Notes: generated by a model from the letters alone, not told the origin. Counted from the stretch's first letter, positions 48,766-59,088 are shown. The stretch: DNA of 64,000 bases from Candidatus Omnitrophota bacterium (GCA_043732705.1 JAYTHE010000003.1:10352-74351); one strand, 5' to 3'. Numbers and translations are program-made.

Positions 48766-49977
48766 ATGCCAAATGAAAAAGATGTATGCATCGCGGGCGC
48801 GGGCCCGGCGGGAATGATTCTCGGGCTTTTACTCGCCAAGCTGGGTCTTAAAGTTTTGGTATTGGAATCACACAAAGACTTCGCGCGCGAATATCGCGGT
48901 GAAGTTCTCATGCCGCGTTTCACGCAAATGATGCGCCAAATCGGGCTCTTTGATTATCTGACGCAATTCCCCCATCTTAAACTCACTGATCTCGAAGGTT
49001 TTTACTTAGACCGGTCTATTTTTAAAATCAGCTTCGCCGAAATCGCGCCCGAAGCGCCTTTCGCGGTTTGGATGCCGCAAACCGTTATGCTTGAAGCGCT
49101 GTATAGAAAATCCAAAGAATTTCCCAATTTCGAATTATGGTTTGACGCGCATGCCGAAGATTTAATTGAAGAGAACGGCGAATGCAGCGGTGTGATTGTG
49201 AAACGCGGCCGGGAACAAACCGAGGTTCGCGCAAAAATCACCGTCGGCGCGGACGGACGCTTTTCGATGATTCGCAAACGTGGCCATTTTGAATTGGCGG
49301 ATGAAGACCACAAATTTGATTTAATCTGGTTCGCGATTGACAAGCCGGCGACTTATGACAACAAAGTACGCTTTTATCTTTCACCTCTTTGTAATTATTT
49401 GATTTTGCCGAAATATCCAAATCAGATTCAATGCGGCCTTGTTGTCGAAAAAGGCGGCTTCGCAAATTATGCAAAACAAGGCATTGATTCATTACGGCAG
49501 GTTCTACTGCAATCCAATCCGATGTTTCATGATTTCGCGACACAACTGCGTGATTTTAGCGAATTTAATGTCCTGCAATCTAAAATTGAATACGTGAAAG
49601 AATGGGCAAAAAATGGTGTCGTACTTGTCGGCGACAGCGCGCATACTTGCTCGCCTGCCGGAGCAGTCGGAGTTTCTGTGGCAGCGGCTACCGCGATTGT
49701 GGCGGCGGATGTTATCCGTGAATGTTTCAAAAATAATGATTTCTCTGCGCAGGCGCTCGGAAAAATCCAACGGTTGCGCAAAAAAGACGTTTTGCATATT
49801 CAAAAACGCCAGAAAGGATTCTCGCGTTTGCTTTTCCCGCAAGCGAACGGCCTGCAGCGCAAGCTGATGCTTTATTTTATTTCGCTTGTCGTGAAAAGCG
49901 GCTTACTGAAAAGCGTGCAGCGCGATTTAATGGTGATGAAAGAACCGCTGCCGGTTGCGGCGGATATAAGAATTTAG
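48766..49977 (+). CDS. FAD-dependent oxidoreductase/monooxygenase
   Basis: GAGPAG, GADGRFS and LVGDSAH...P.GA.G motifs. Confidence 0.88.
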   Translation: MPNEKDVCIAGAGPAGMILGLLLAKLGLKVLVLESHKDFAREYRGEVLMPRFTQMMRQIGLFDYLTQFPHLKLTDLEGFYLDRSIFKISFAEIAPEAPFAVWMPQTVMLEALYRKSKEFPNFELWFDAHAEDLIEENGECSGVIVKRGREQTEVRAKITVGADGRFSMIRKRGHFELADEDHKFDLIWFAIDKPATYDNKVRFYLSPLCNYLILPKYPNQIQCGLVVEKGGFANYAKQGIDSLRQVLLQSNPMFHDFATQLRDFSEFNVLQSKIEYVKEWAKNGVVLVGDSAHTCSPAGAVGVSVAAATAIVAADVIRECFKNNDFSAQALGKIQRLRKKDVLHIQKRQKGFSRLLFPQANGLQRKLMLYFISLVVKSGLLKSVQRDLMVMKEPLPVAADIRI

Positions 49978-49985
49978 AGCGGTAA

Positions 49986-51158
49986 TTACGGAACAATATC
50001 AAAAGCTAAGAGAGAAATGTCGTCGGTAGGTTCCGCGGGCTTACACCAAAGTTCAATTTTTTGAACGATTTCGTCCGCGGTTCGGCGCAAAACAGTCGCG
50101 TGTTGCGAAGCCAGCAAATCCAGAAATCGCGCGGCGCCATATAAATCTCCGCTTTCGTTCTTCGCCTCGATCAAACCGTCAGAGTAAAGATAAAGACGGT
50201 CCCCCTTCTTCAGTGAAATAACCGTGTCTTCATACTCGGCTTCATTTAAAACACCAATGGGCGGACCGGAAGAGCCGGGCAAATGCTTGGTTTTGTTTTC
50301 TGATAAAAGAATCGGCGCGAGATGCCCCGCGCAAACATAAGAAAATTCCAACGTTTCCATATTCAGGATTCCATAAAGCAAAGTAAATAGCTGCGTCGCC
50401 TCGGGATTGGAACAATAATGCTGATTCAGTTGTTTGGCGACATCGGCGGGTTTATTAATCACAGCATCAGCGCTTTTTAACAGCGACGCTTCGGAAAAAG
50501 GCGAAAGGAAATGCGCGATTGAAACCGCTAAAAGTGAAGCCGCGACACCATGCCCCGCGGCATCCAGCACATAAAAGCCGGCGTTTTTTTCATCCAGCAC
50601 AAAGACATTTAAAATGTCCCCGCCCAATTCTTCGCTCGGTTTAAATGTCCAAGCCGTTCGCATACCCTTAACCAACGGCGATTTCACCGGTAAAAGTGAT
50701 TTTTGAATTACGGCCGCCGCCGCCAAATCTTCTTTCATTTTTTGATGAGCTTTACGGAGCTGTTCTTCCTGCTGCTTGCGCTCTGTCAAATCATGCCATA
50801 CGGCAATCAGCGCGGGCTTACCGTTAATTTCAATCGCGTTTAAAGTCACTTCTACCGGAAAAACTTCGCCGTCTTTTTTGCGGTGATACCATTCAAAACG
50901 ATGATACCCATTTTGGCGCGCGAGAGCATCCATCCGCGCGGATTTTTCGGATGAAAGCGTGCCATCCGGTTGATAATCCGGTGAAAGCTCTGCAATATGC
51001 CGGATAGAGAGAACATCATTGCGGCAGGTGCCTTTCAACAGTTGGATTGCGGCGTCATTACAATCCGTAATGACGCCGTCAATCATGATGAAATGCGCGT
51101 CCGCCGAATGTTCAAAAAGCAGCCGGTATTTATCGGGTGCCCTGCGGTCAATTTGCAT
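49986..51158 (-). CDS. PAS domain plus SpoIIE/PP2C phosphatase (RsbU/RsbP-like)
   Basis: N-terminal PAS domain (KKDGEVFPVEV) and GGD, DAAGHG, AGH, YSDG and DDIS motifs. Confidence 0.88.
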   Translation of the reverse strand: MQIDRRAPDKYRLLFEHSADAHFIMIDGVITDCNDAAIQLLKGTCRNDVLSIRHIAELSPDYQPDGTLSSEKSARMDALARQNGYHRFEWYHRKKDGEVFPVEVTLNAIEINGKPALIAVWHDLTERKQQEEQLRKAHQKMKEDLAAAAVIQKSLLPVKSPLVKGMRTAWTFKPSEELGGDILNVFVLDEKNAGFYVLDAAGHGVAASLLAVSIAHFLSPFSEASLLKSADAVINKPADVAKQLNQHYCSNPEATQLFTLLYGILNMETLEFSYVCAGHLAPILLSENKTKHLPGSSGPPIGVLNEAEYEDTVISLKKGDRLYLYSDGLIEAKNESGDLYGAARFLDLLASQHATVLRRTADEIVQKIELWCKPAEPTDDISLLAFDIVP

Positions 51159-51167
51159 TTTTATTGT

Positions 51168-51584
51168 TTAGGCTTCGAGAGGCAAACCTGAATCTTTCCA
51201 TTCTTTCGCTCCGCCCTTGTAAGCACTGACGTTAAATCCACGCTTGGCGAGTTTTTCTGCTGCCGCGTCAGAAGCCGTGCATTGGTAATTCGCGCAATAA
51301 GTTACGACATCTTTGGTTTTATCGAGTTCTCGGATACGCTTATCAAGTTCATTCAGAGGAATTTTCTTTGAGCCTTTGATGACGCCCAGATTGTAATAAT
51401 CGGGAGAAAGCACATTCACAATCTGAACGCTGCCGCTCGCAATCTTGGCCGAAAGTTCTTCTTTTGTAATTGTTTTCACGGCATGCGCTTTTGATTTCTT
51501 CCAAAACCATGCCGCCGATGCCGTTCCGCCGCTCGCAACCACAAACAAACCCAATACCAATAACAAGCTCACCATTTTTTTCAT
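51168..51584 (-). CDS. Secreted rhodanese-like domain protein
   Basis: Signal peptide; IKGS..IP, VVTYC and YKGG..EW motifs. Confidence 0.85.
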   Translation of the reverse strand: MKKMVSLLLVLGLFVVASGGTASAAWFWKKSKAHAVKTITKEELSAKIASGSVQIVNVLSPDYYNLGVIKGSKKIPLNELDKRIRELDKTKDVVTYCANYQCTASDAAAEKLAKRGFNVSAYKGGAKEWKDSGLPLEA

Positions 51585-51718
51585 ATCAACTCCCTTTTAA
51601 TTAGATTAAAGACCGACGACTAAAAACTAATGGCTAGCGATAAGTCAACCACCACAACTCCCGGAGATCAGCTACGCCGACCTCCGGGAGTTTTTTCAAA
51701 ACTAAATTTCACAACAAA

Positions 51719-52402
51719 TTAACGCGCAGTATCTGACAGAACTTCTAGCCCTTTCCCAAAACTAACAATTCGCGTAGCAATACCTTCAACAACTGCGGGC
51801 TCATGCGTCACAATCAGCATAGTCATGCCATCTTTTGCGAGACGGCTCATCACCCTGACGATTTCGCCTTTCATTTCGGGATCAAGACTTGAAGTGGGCT
51901 CATCAAAAAGAATAGCCTTTGGCGTCATCGCAAGCGCGCGCGCAATTCCGACACGCTGGCGCTGTCCACCCGAAAGCTGCCCAGGTAAAAAATAGGCTTT
52001 TTCAGTAAGGCCGACACGCTCCAATAATTTAAGCGCGTCTTCACGGACTTCATCCGGTGTTTTTTTCAAGACCTGCACCGGTCCCAGCATTAAATTTTGC
52101 AGCACCGTCAGATGCGGAAACAAATTAAAAAATTGAAAAACAAATCCGAGCTGCGTTCGAACTTCACGAATGGTATCCCGCTCTTTGCGCATATCCATAT
52201 TTGCATGCAATTGATAATCACCGACACTCACTAAGCCAGTCTGAAATGGCTCGAGATAAGTCAAACAACGCAGAAAAGTGCTTTTACCGATTCCTGATGG
52301 GCCTTTGAAAACAATCACTTCCCCTTGATTCACCGTGAGGGACAAATCACGAATGACGGCATGGCCGCCGTAATTTTTTCCTAAATTTTCAATTTTAATC
52401 AT
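51719..52402 (-). CDS. Polar amino-acid ABC transporter ATP-binding protein
   Basis: GPSGIGKST, FNLFPH, LSGGQRQR and FDEPTSSLDPE motifs. Confidence 0.93.
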   Translation of the reverse strand: MIKIENLGKNYGGHAVIRDLSLTVNQGEVIVFKGPSGIGKSTFLRCLTYLEPFQTGLVSVGDYQLHANMDMRKERDTIREVRTQLGFVFQFFNLFPHLTVLQNLMLGPVQVLKKTPDEVREDALKLLERVGLTEKAYFLPGQLSGGQRQRVGIARALAMTPKAILFDEPTSSLDPEMKGEIVRVMSRLAKDGMTMLIVTHEPAVVEGIATRIVSFGKGLEVLSDTAR

Positions 52403-52425
52403 AAAGACATCCTAAATTGCCGTTC

Positions 52426-52452
52426 CTGGATCCCCGCCTACGCGGGGATGAC
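52426..52452. repeat. REP/dRS3-like palindrome, intergenic copy
   Basis: ctggatccccgcctacgcggggatgac. Confidence 0.75.
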
Positions 52453-52483
52453 GAACGGTTCGCTTTGCTCACAATCGTGTTCG

Positions 52484-53983
52484 TCAATTTGAAATGACAT
52501 GATTTTTCTTTTCAAGATTGCGCGACCAAAGCGAAAGCGGAAAACTCATTAAAAAATAAAGAAATGCGGTCGCAAGCCCTAATTCCAGAAAACGGTATGT
52601 CGTCGTCGCGGCTGTCGTATAGGCGCGCGTCAGCTCCATCACGGTAATAATCGAAACAAGCGAGGTATCTTTAAACAATGCGATAAAATCATTGGTCGAG
52701 GGCGGTAAAACTGTGCGCACAGCCTGCGGGATTAAAACAAAACGTAAAGTCTGCCAGCCATTCATACCGAGCGAACGCGCCGCCTCTTCCTGTCCTTTTG
52801 GAATAGAGAGCAAACCGGCTCGATAAATTTCAGCTTCATAGGCTGCGTAATTCATGCCGAGGCCGATAATCGCCGCGGCGAAGGCATTGAGCTGAATTCC
52901 TAAATTGGGTAAACCATAATACAAAAGATAAAGCTGGATCAAAAGCGGCGTACCACGAATGACCTCGATATAGCCGTAACAAAGCGCGCGCGGCAACCTG
53001 CCGCCGTACATCTTTCCAACAGCAAGCAATGCCCCTAATAGAACAGCAAACGTCATGGCAAGAAAAGAAAGCATGATGGTCATCACGGCTCCCTTTAAAA
53101 GCAACGTCCCGAATTTTAGAAGCGGATCGGATTCATGCGCGCGAGCCACATCCCAGGCTTTTGGATCAGCAAGTTTGTCCTGCTTTTCATTCCACATATT
53201 CCACTTGAGATAAATACGGCGCAATTCACCGGATCGAATCAGCGCGATAAAAGCTTGGTTGATTTGCTGTTTGAGTTGCGGTGAATCTTTGCGGATACCT
53301 GCGGCATAAATCCCCTCGCCCGCCAAATCTGATAAATTTTTAAATCTTGGATTTGCCCCCGCATAAAAAACTGCGATCGGAACATCCATAAGCACCGCTT
53401 CGGTACGCCCGATTTCAAGGTCGCGATAAGCTTCCACCGGTGACGGATAACCGATGACGGTAATTTTTCCGTCTTCGTCTAAAATTTTTTGCGCGAGCGT
53501 GCCGGAGAGCGTGCCCACTTTCTTGCCTTGTAAATCAGCAAAAGTCAGAATGTTTTTGTTTTCGGAGCGAACCGTGATTTGCTCGGAAAAATAATAATAC
53601 GGAATAGAAAAATCGATCACCTGCAAACGGTCCTGAGTCACTTCAAGGCCGTTAATGACAACGTCAAAGTCATCACGTAAAAGCGTGGGCACAAGCTGGT
53701 CCCATTGGACACTGACAAATTTGGGTTTGAGCTTCATTTGTTTCGCAAGCGCTTCGACAATTTCAATTTCAAATCCGATTAAATTATCGGGTTTTTCTTT
53801 GTCCGGAAAAACATACGGCGCACCGCCGGCCGCATCGCCGCCCCAACGCAATTCACCTGTCTTCTGAACGCGGTCCCAGGCCTCACCAGCAAACAAAGTC
53901 GTCGGCAGACAAAGCACCAATAAAAGCAGAATCTTAAAATTAATTTTCATAGCGTCGTAAATTATAGCCGAAAAAAAGACCAA
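52484..53983 (-). CDS. Polar amino-acid ABC transporter, fused substrate-binding protein and permease (likely start ATG 53950)
   Basis: SBP_bac_3-like N-terminal half; RGTPLL.QL, EIYRAG..SIPKGQ.EAA and KDTSL permease motifs. Confidence 0.9.
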   Translation of the reverse strand: MVFFSAIIYDAMKINFKILLLLVLCLPTTLFAGEAWDRVQKTGELRWGGDAAGGAPYVFPDKEKPDNLIGFEIEIVEALAKQMKLKPKFVSVQWDQLVPTLLRDDFDVVINGLEVTQDRLQVIDFSIPYYYFSEQITVRSENKNILTFADLQGKKVGTLSGTLAQKILDEDGKITVIGYPSPVEAYRDLEIGRTEAVLMDVPIAVFYAGANPRFKNLSDLAGEGIYAAGIRKDSPQLKQQINQAFIALIRSGELRRIYLKWNMWNEKQDKLADPKAWDVARAHESDPLLKFGTLLLKGAVMTIMLSFLAMTFAVLLGALLAVGKMYGGRLPRALCYGYIEVIRGTPLLIQLYLLYYGLPNLGIQLNAFAAAIIGLGMNYAAYEAEIYRAGLLSIPKGQEEAARSLGMNGWQTLRFVLIPQAVRTVLPPSTNDFIALFKDTSLVSIITVMELTRAYTTAATTTYRFLELGLATAFLYFLMSFPLSLWSRNLEKKNHVISN

Positions 53984-54084
53984 AGGTTAAAAGCTAAATC
54001 TTAAAACCATAGGCCAAAGCCCAAAATTATCCGGGCAGCTGAAGGTTTTGGGTTGTGGTTTTGACCTTTGAGTTTTAAGCTTTT
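53984..54084. repeat. Imperfect inverted, ~7-nt-periodic repeat element
   Basis: The right arm, ggttttgggttgtggttttgacctttgagttttaagcttt, recurs in frame inside giant gene 1 at about 15225-15262 and 15829-15872. Confidence 0.65.
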
Positions 54085-54102
54085 ACCTATTAGAATGCCC
54101 CA

Positions 54103-54471
54103 ATGAATCAAGCCAAGAATGTTCTCGGAACAAAACTTCAGCAATGCTGCGCCGACCCTGTCACGGGGTTTTATCGTGACGGCTATTGCAATACCGGCCC
54201 GGATGACTACGGGCTGCACATTGTCTGCGTGCAGGTCACAAAAGAATTTTTGGAGTTTTCCATGCGGCGCGGCAATGATTTGTCCACGCCGCATGAAGAG
54301 TGGGGCTTTCCCGGTTTACAGCCCGGCGACCAATGGTGTTTATGCGCGCTGCGTTGGAAAGAAGCCTATGACGCGGGCGCCGCTCCGCGAGTCGATCTTG
54401 AAGCAACGCATATTTCTGCGCTTGAGCATTTAGATTTATCCGCGCTCAAGAAATACGCGATCGTCGACTAA
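54103..54471 (+). CDS. DUF2237 family protein
   Basis: NVLG..L..C..DP.TGFYRDG.C, GNDLSTP and PGDQWCLCA.RW motifs. Confidence 0.9.
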   Translation: MNQAKNVLGTKLQQCCADPVTGFYRDGYCNTGPDDYGLHIVCVQVTKEFLEFSMRRGNDLSTPHEEWGFPGLQPGDQWCLCALRWKEAYDAGAAPRVDLEATHISALEHLDLSALKKYAIVD

Positions 54472-54533
54472 TTACTTACAGCCCTTGCGCAGCATCCGTT
54501 TCATTTAGTTCTGAGCTGACGCTCAACCACAAA

Positions 54534-54665
54534 TCAGCCTTTTGAATTTGAACCGCATCCCTTGTTACAACACTCTTTTTTCTTTGCAAAAAAGTAACGT
54601 GCAGCTAAAACGATAACAGCAAGAGCAACAATGATCAGCGCAATAATCTCCGAATGATCTCTCAT
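54534..54665 (-). CDS. FeoB-associated Cys-rich membrane peptide (43 aa; not in the ORF track)
   Basis: MRDHSEIIALIIVALAVIVLAARYFFAKKKECCNKGCGSNSKG, starting immediately after the feoB stop. Confidence 0.75.
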   Translation of the reverse strand: MRDHSEIIALIIVALAVIVLAARYFFAKKKECCNKGCGSNSKG

Positions 54666-54666
54666 A

Positions 54667-56667
54667 TTACGAAAGTCCCAATAGTTTTCCGCCCTGATAA
54701 ACAATAAATGCTCCGCACCAAGCCAAAACGGTCATGTAAGCAACCATAAAAAGCGGCCAACCCCAGCCACCGGTTTCGCGCTTTACAATGGCGACAGTCG
54801 ACATACATTGGCAGGCCAATACAAAAAACACCATGATTCCCACGGCAACCAGCGGTGTATAAACAGGTTTCCCGGTTATCGGATCGGCAGCTTTTTGAAG
54901 CGACGTAATCAAGTCGGTTGAATGTTCGTCAGCTTTGTCGCCGACATTATAAATAATCGCCAAAGTACTCACCAAAACTTCGCGCGCAGCAAATGAAGAA
55001 ATCAGCCCAATCCCGATTTTCCAGTCGAATCCAAGCGGTTTGATAACCGGCTCAATTAACTTACCAAGTTTGCCGGCATAACTATTTTGAATTTTCTCAG
55101 CCGCCTCTTCATGGTCAAGTTGAAGATTCCGCGCGTCAAGATCGGCCGCGGTTAAAGATTGCGCCGCTTCGCGGTGATGAATTTGATATTTAAAAGCAAC
55201 GTCATTGTTTTTCGGGTAACTGACTAAGAACCAGAGAATAATCGAAATGAAAAAAATAGTCGTCCCGGCATTTTTGATGAATTCTTTGCCGCGATCCCAC
55301 ATCACAAGCAAAGCGTTTTGAAGCCGTGGAATGCGGTAAGGCGGCAGCTCCAATAAAAAAGCCGACTGTTTACCTTTCAGGAGTGTCTTTTTAAAAATCG
55401 TCGCCATCGTAAGCCCGGAGAAAATACTAAGCAGGTACATAGATAAAAGCGTCACGCCTTTAAGGTTAAGCAGGCCCAACACCGGCCTTGAAGGAATAAA
55501 CGCGCCGATCATTAAAGCGTAAACCGGCAGCCGCGCACTGCAGCTCATTAGCGGCGCGACTAAAATTGTCGCGAGGCGGTCATTTTTATCCTGAATCGTA
55601 CGCGTTGCCATGATTCCGGGAATCGCGCAGGCAAAAGAACTTAAAAGCGGTAAAAAGGCTTTGCCGTTTAAACCCACTTTTTTCATCACGCGATCAAGCA
55701 CGAATGCGGCGCGGGCCATATAACCAAAATCCTCGAATATGGCGATGAAAAAGAAAAGCAAAAAAATTTGCGGAATGAAAACAATTACATTACCCACACC
55801 GGCAATAATCCCGTCAACGACCAAACTTTCCAATTGCCCATCGGGCAGTACCGACGCAGCAAGCCGGCCGAACGCAGCGACCACGCTTGCGATCCAATTC
55901 ATTAAAGGTGTCGCCCAGGAGAAAATTGATTGAAAAATAACTGCCATTACAGTGATAAAAATAATCCACCCCCAAAAGGGATGGGTTAAAACGTCGTCAA
56001 TTTTATGCGAAGTGGTTCTGACTGCCTGTTCAGGCTGAACAACCATCTCTGAAGTCAGGCGATCAACAATGGCATAGCGTTCAGGAATGGAAAGTTGTGA
56101 AAAATTAGCTTTCAGCTGCGGTAGCATCCGGGCCTTCAATGCGCGGCTGATGGCTGATTTCAGCTCTTCAATACCGACACCCAAATTACCTTCGGTGGGA
56201 ACACATTCAATTCTAAATTCTGATTTAATTTTAGCAATATTAATTTTTTTCCCGCTTTGCACAGCCTCATCCCACATATTTAAAACAAGAACGGCGGGAA
56301 TGCCTGTCGACATAACTTGTAAAGCAAAATAAAAGTTCCGGTTAAAATTATTGGCGTCAACGATAACAATATTTAAATCGGGCTTGCTTGTGCCCGCTTG
56401 CTTTCCGAGCAAAATATTGCTGACAATTTCTTCATCGGGAGACTGCGGATTCAAACTGTATGCGCCGGGCAAATCCAAAAGATCAACGCTCTCTTCGTAT
56501 TCTTTCAGTTTTAATTTTCCCCATTTTCTCTCAACGGTAACGCCGGGATAATTAGCGGTCGTGTGACGCAAGCCTGTGAGGGCATTAAAGATAGTTGTTT
56601 TACCGACATTGGGATTACCGAGAAGCGCGACTATTTTAGGAGAGGCCGGAAGCTGCGGAGAGGTCAT
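54667..56667 (-). CDS. feoB: Ferrous iron transporter B
   Basis: GNPNVGKTT, NYPGVTVE, DLPG, YMARAAF and MSCSARLP motifs. Confidence 0.96.
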   Translation of the reverse strand: MTSPQLPASPKIVALLGNPNVGKTTIFNALTGLRHTTANYPGVTVERKWGKLKLKEYEESVDLLDLPGAYSLNPQSPDEEIVSNILLGKQAGTSKPDLNIVIVDANNFNRNFYFALQVMSTGIPAVLVLNMWDEAVQSGKKINIAKIKSEFRIECVPTEGNLGVGIEELKSAISRALKARMLPQLKANFSQLSIPERYAIVDRLTSEMVVQPEQAVRTTSHKIDDVLTHPFWGWIIFITVMAVIFQSIFSWATPLMNWIASVVAAFGRLAASVLPDGQLESLVVDGIIAGVGNVIVFIPQIFLLFFFIAIFEDFGYMARAAFVLDRVMKKVGLNGKAFLPLLSSFACAIPGIMATRTIQDKNDRLATILVAPLMSCSARLPVYALMIGAFIPSRPVLGLLNLKGVTLLSMYLLSIFSGLTMATIFKKTLLKGKQSAFLLELPPYRIPRLQNALLVMWDRGKEFIKNAGTTIFFISIILWFLVSYPKNNDVAFKYQIHHREAAQSLTAADLDARNLQLDHEEAAEKIQNSYAGKLGKLIEPVIKPLGFDWKIGIGLISSFAAREVLVSTLAIIYNVGDKADEHSTDLITSLQKAADPITGKPVYTPLVAVGIMVFFVLACQCMSTVAIVKRETGGWGWPLFMVAYMTVLAWCGAFIVYQGGKLLGLS

Positions 56668-56673
56668 AACAAA

Positions 56674-56901
56674 TCAGTTTATCGGCGAAACAAAAATCTG
56701 CTTAGCATCCTCAGTGCGGATTGAAAGACTGTAGCCGCGCACAATAATTTCCATCGGGCATCCCAGGGGCGCAAAACGCTTGAGCAAGACTTCGGTTCCC
56801 GGAACTACTCCAAGCTCCATTAATCTTTCATGCAGTGAGTTTTGGCTCTGAAAGCTCTGAATAACCGCTTTTTCTTTAATTTTAAGTTCGCTTAACAGCA
56901 T
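56674..56901 (-). CDS. feoA: Ferrous iron transport protein A
   Basis: RLMELGVVPG, APLG.P and L.IR motifs; directly upstream of feoB. Confidence 0.92.
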   Translation of the reverse strand: MLLSELKIKEKAVIQSFQSQNSLHERLMELGVVPGTEVLLKRFAPLGCPMEIIVRGYSLSIRTEDAKQIFVSPIN

Positions 56902-56933
56902 ATGAAACCGCTTGATGATGAGGAGGTAAAATC

Positions 56934-56956
56934 CTATTAAGATTAAGTCTTAATAG
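56934..56956. promoter_or_regulatory. Palindromic operator upstream of feoAB (Fur-like)
   Basis: ctattaaga-N5-tcttaatag, a perfect 9-5-9 AT-rich inverted repeat in the promoter region of an iron-uptake operon. Confidence 0.6.
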
Positions 56957-57009
56957 TATACGGGGCAGGTCTTAAAATAGCAAATAGTCATTACGAGGGC
57001 AAAATAGGC

Positions 57010-57480
57010 CTATTCTGTATAGGAAACTCCGTCAGGAAGTTCATTTTTATCATCCGGCAAATATTCAAAATAATCTTTTAATTTTTCTCCGATTTTTACG
57101 ATAGCCCAAACAACTCCTTCGCCAAACTTTCCGGCTTTAAAAAACTCCGTCGTTTGATTCACGGTTTCATCCCAAAAATCCTGCGGGACTTCTTTGTGGA
57201 TTAAAATATCGCCTAAAATCACGAATTCACGGCTGTTCGAACAAATAAAAATAAGCACCCCATTGCGATGATTCGTTTGGGTCATTCCCAAGCGCTCAAA
57301 AACTTCGCGCGCCTGAGCCATTAAATCTATTTTCTTTTTCCGCGACTCAACATGCACACGCAGCTCCGCCGAGGTTTTTTGCTCGAGCGCTTGAATCGCC
57401 TGCCCAATCTGCTCTTTTTCTTTTTGAGAAAAAAAGGATTGCGGTGAACCACTTCTTTTTGGAAACAACTCAAATGCCAT
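57010..57480 (-). CDS. TPM domain protein
   Basis: E..TSAELRVHVE, F.RLGM..T..RNGVLIF, GD..I and NELPD motifs; in the lemA operon. Confidence 0.88.
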   Translation of the reverse strand: MAFELFPKRSGSPQSFFSQKEKEQIGQAIQALEQKTSAELRVHVESRKKKIDLMAQAREVFERLGMTQTNHRNGVLIFICSNSREFVILGDILIHKEVPQDFWDETVNQTTEFFKAGKFGEGVVWAIVKIGEKLKDYFEYLPDDKNELPDGVSYTE

Positions 57481-57495
57481 TTTTAATTCTCTCTT

Positions 57496-58380
57496 TTACC
57501 ATCTTCCGCTTGCTCCTCCACCGCCAAAACTTCCACCACCACCCGAAAATCCCCCGCCACCAGAATAACCGCCCCCACCTCCGCCACGACTCGACCAGCT
57601 CGATCCTCCACGGCTCGTAAGTAATGCTCGAAGAATCAGCCACAATATCGCGAACGTAAAAAACCATTCCCAAAAGCTATACGCACCTGTATATCCTCGA
57701 TGCCCATTCCAATAAGTGCTATATCTAACTAAATCAATAATAAGAATAACTCCGATAATCAAGAGAATCATTTTCAGAAGAGCTCCCCCCCCATTGTTTT
57801 GAGCCGCGGCATTGGCCTGATATTCGCCTTTAGTCGCAGACAAAATAGCTCTCACACCACTTATAATTCCATTTTCAAATTCTCCCGCGCGGAAATAAGG
57901 CGTTACTTCGTTACGAATAATTTGCGATGACAACGCATCCGTTAAAACCCCTTCAAGCCCATAGCCCGCTTCAATGCGCATTTGGTGATCATCTTTAAAA
58001 ATTAAAAAGAGCACGCCATTATTGCGATCTTTTTGACCGATTTTCCATTGCTGCGCGATACGTATCGAAATATCTTCGAGCGACCCGCCCTCCATGCTTG
58101 GAAAAGTGGCCACGACGATTTGATTTGAAGTTTGGCGCTCAAACTCACGCAAGTCGGCGTCTAATTGCAATTTGGCCTGAGGTGAAAGTAAAGCTGCGCG
58201 GTCAGAGACGTAGCCGTCGGGCTTTTCGGGGATTTGGAAATCGGCCCAGGCGGAACAAGAAAGGCTTATAAAAAATGCAGCTGCAATAAATGATAAAAAA
58301 ATCCATTTATTGTTCCGCCTGTCCCGGACTTGATCCGGGATCTTTTTAGATTCCCGCCTACGCGGGAATGATAAAAACAT
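57496..58380 (-). CDS. TPM (YgcG-like) domain protein; N-terminus derived from repeat elements
   Basis: W.IGQK..NNGVL, RIE.GYGLEG.LTD and the Gly-rich GGGSFGGGGASGRW tail. Confidence 0.9.
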   Translation of the reverse strand: MFLSFPRRRESKKIPDQVRDRRNNKWIFLSFIAAAFFISLSCSAWADFQIPEKPDGYVSDRAALLSPQAKLQLDADLREFERQTSNQIVVATFPSMEGGSLEDISIRIAQQWKIGQKDRNNGVLFLIFKDDHQMRIEAGYGLEGVLTDALSSQIIRNEVTPYFRAGEFENGIISGVRAILSATKGEYQANAAAQNNGGGALLKMILLIIGVILIIDLVRYSTYWNGHRGYTGAYSFWEWFFTFAILWLILRALLTSRGGSSWSSRGGGGGGYSGGGGFSGGGGSFGGGGASGRW

Positions 58381-58410
58381 AAACTAGATTCCCGCCTGCG
58401 CGGGAATGAC
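58320..58410. repeat. Cluster of three palindromic repeats between lemA and the TPM gene
   Basis: gtcccggacttgatccgggatc plus two gattcccgcct[ag]cgcgggaatga copies. Confidence 0.75.
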
Positions 58411-58422
58411 AAATTTCATTTG

Positions 58423-59007
58423 TCAGAATTTGACTTGGGGCGCTTTTTCGGCACCTTTGTCGGCCTCAAAGTAAGCTTTTTCTTTGAGGCTCATCATTCC
58501 CGCAACAACCACGGAGGGAAAACTTCTGCGAAGGGTATTGAAATACTGCGCAACTTCGTTGAAACGCTTGCGTTCCACTGCGATACGGTTCTCCGTTCCT
58601 TCAAGCTGCGATTGAAGATCCAAAAAGTTCTGATTCGCTTTTAAGTCCGGATAATTTTCGGAAATCACCAGCAGCCTTGAAAGCGCGGATGAAAGCTGGC
58701 CTTGTGACTCTTGGAATTGCTTCATCATCGCGGGATTATTTACGACATCCGAGGTTAAGTTAATTTTGGAAACACTCGCGCGCGCATTGACCACATTTTG
58801 CAATGTTTCGCTTTCATGTTTGGCGTAACCTTTCACGGTTTCAACCAAGTTAGGAATCAGATCGAACCGGCGCTGATAAACATTTTCAACCTGCGCCCAC
58901 GCGCTTTTCACGCCCTCGTCCGCAGAAACCAATCTATTGTAAGAATTAGAAAGTAAAATTCCAATGAACACCAGGATAGCGAGCGCAATTAATAGGCCTT
59001 TTTTCAT
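58423..59007 (-). CDS. lemA: LemA family protein
   Basis: YQRR.DLIPNLV.TVKGY, E.YPDLKANQNF and LEGTENRI motifs. Confidence 0.95.
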   Translation of the reverse strand: MKKGLLIALAILVFIGILLSNSYNRLVSADEGVKSAWAQVENVYQRRFDLIPNLVETVKGYAKHESETLQNVVNARASVSKINLTSDVVNNPAMMKQFQESQGQLSSALSRLLVISENYPDLKANQNFLDLQSQLEGTENRIAVERKRFNEVAQYFNTLRRSFPSVVVAGMMSLKEKAYFEADKGAEKAPQVKF

Positions 59008-59088
59008 ATTCCACCTTTTTGTTTAAAAATGAGCTTTAAAAAACGGTTTTTTGAAGCTCTTATTATATCTAAAACTAAACTTAAAATA

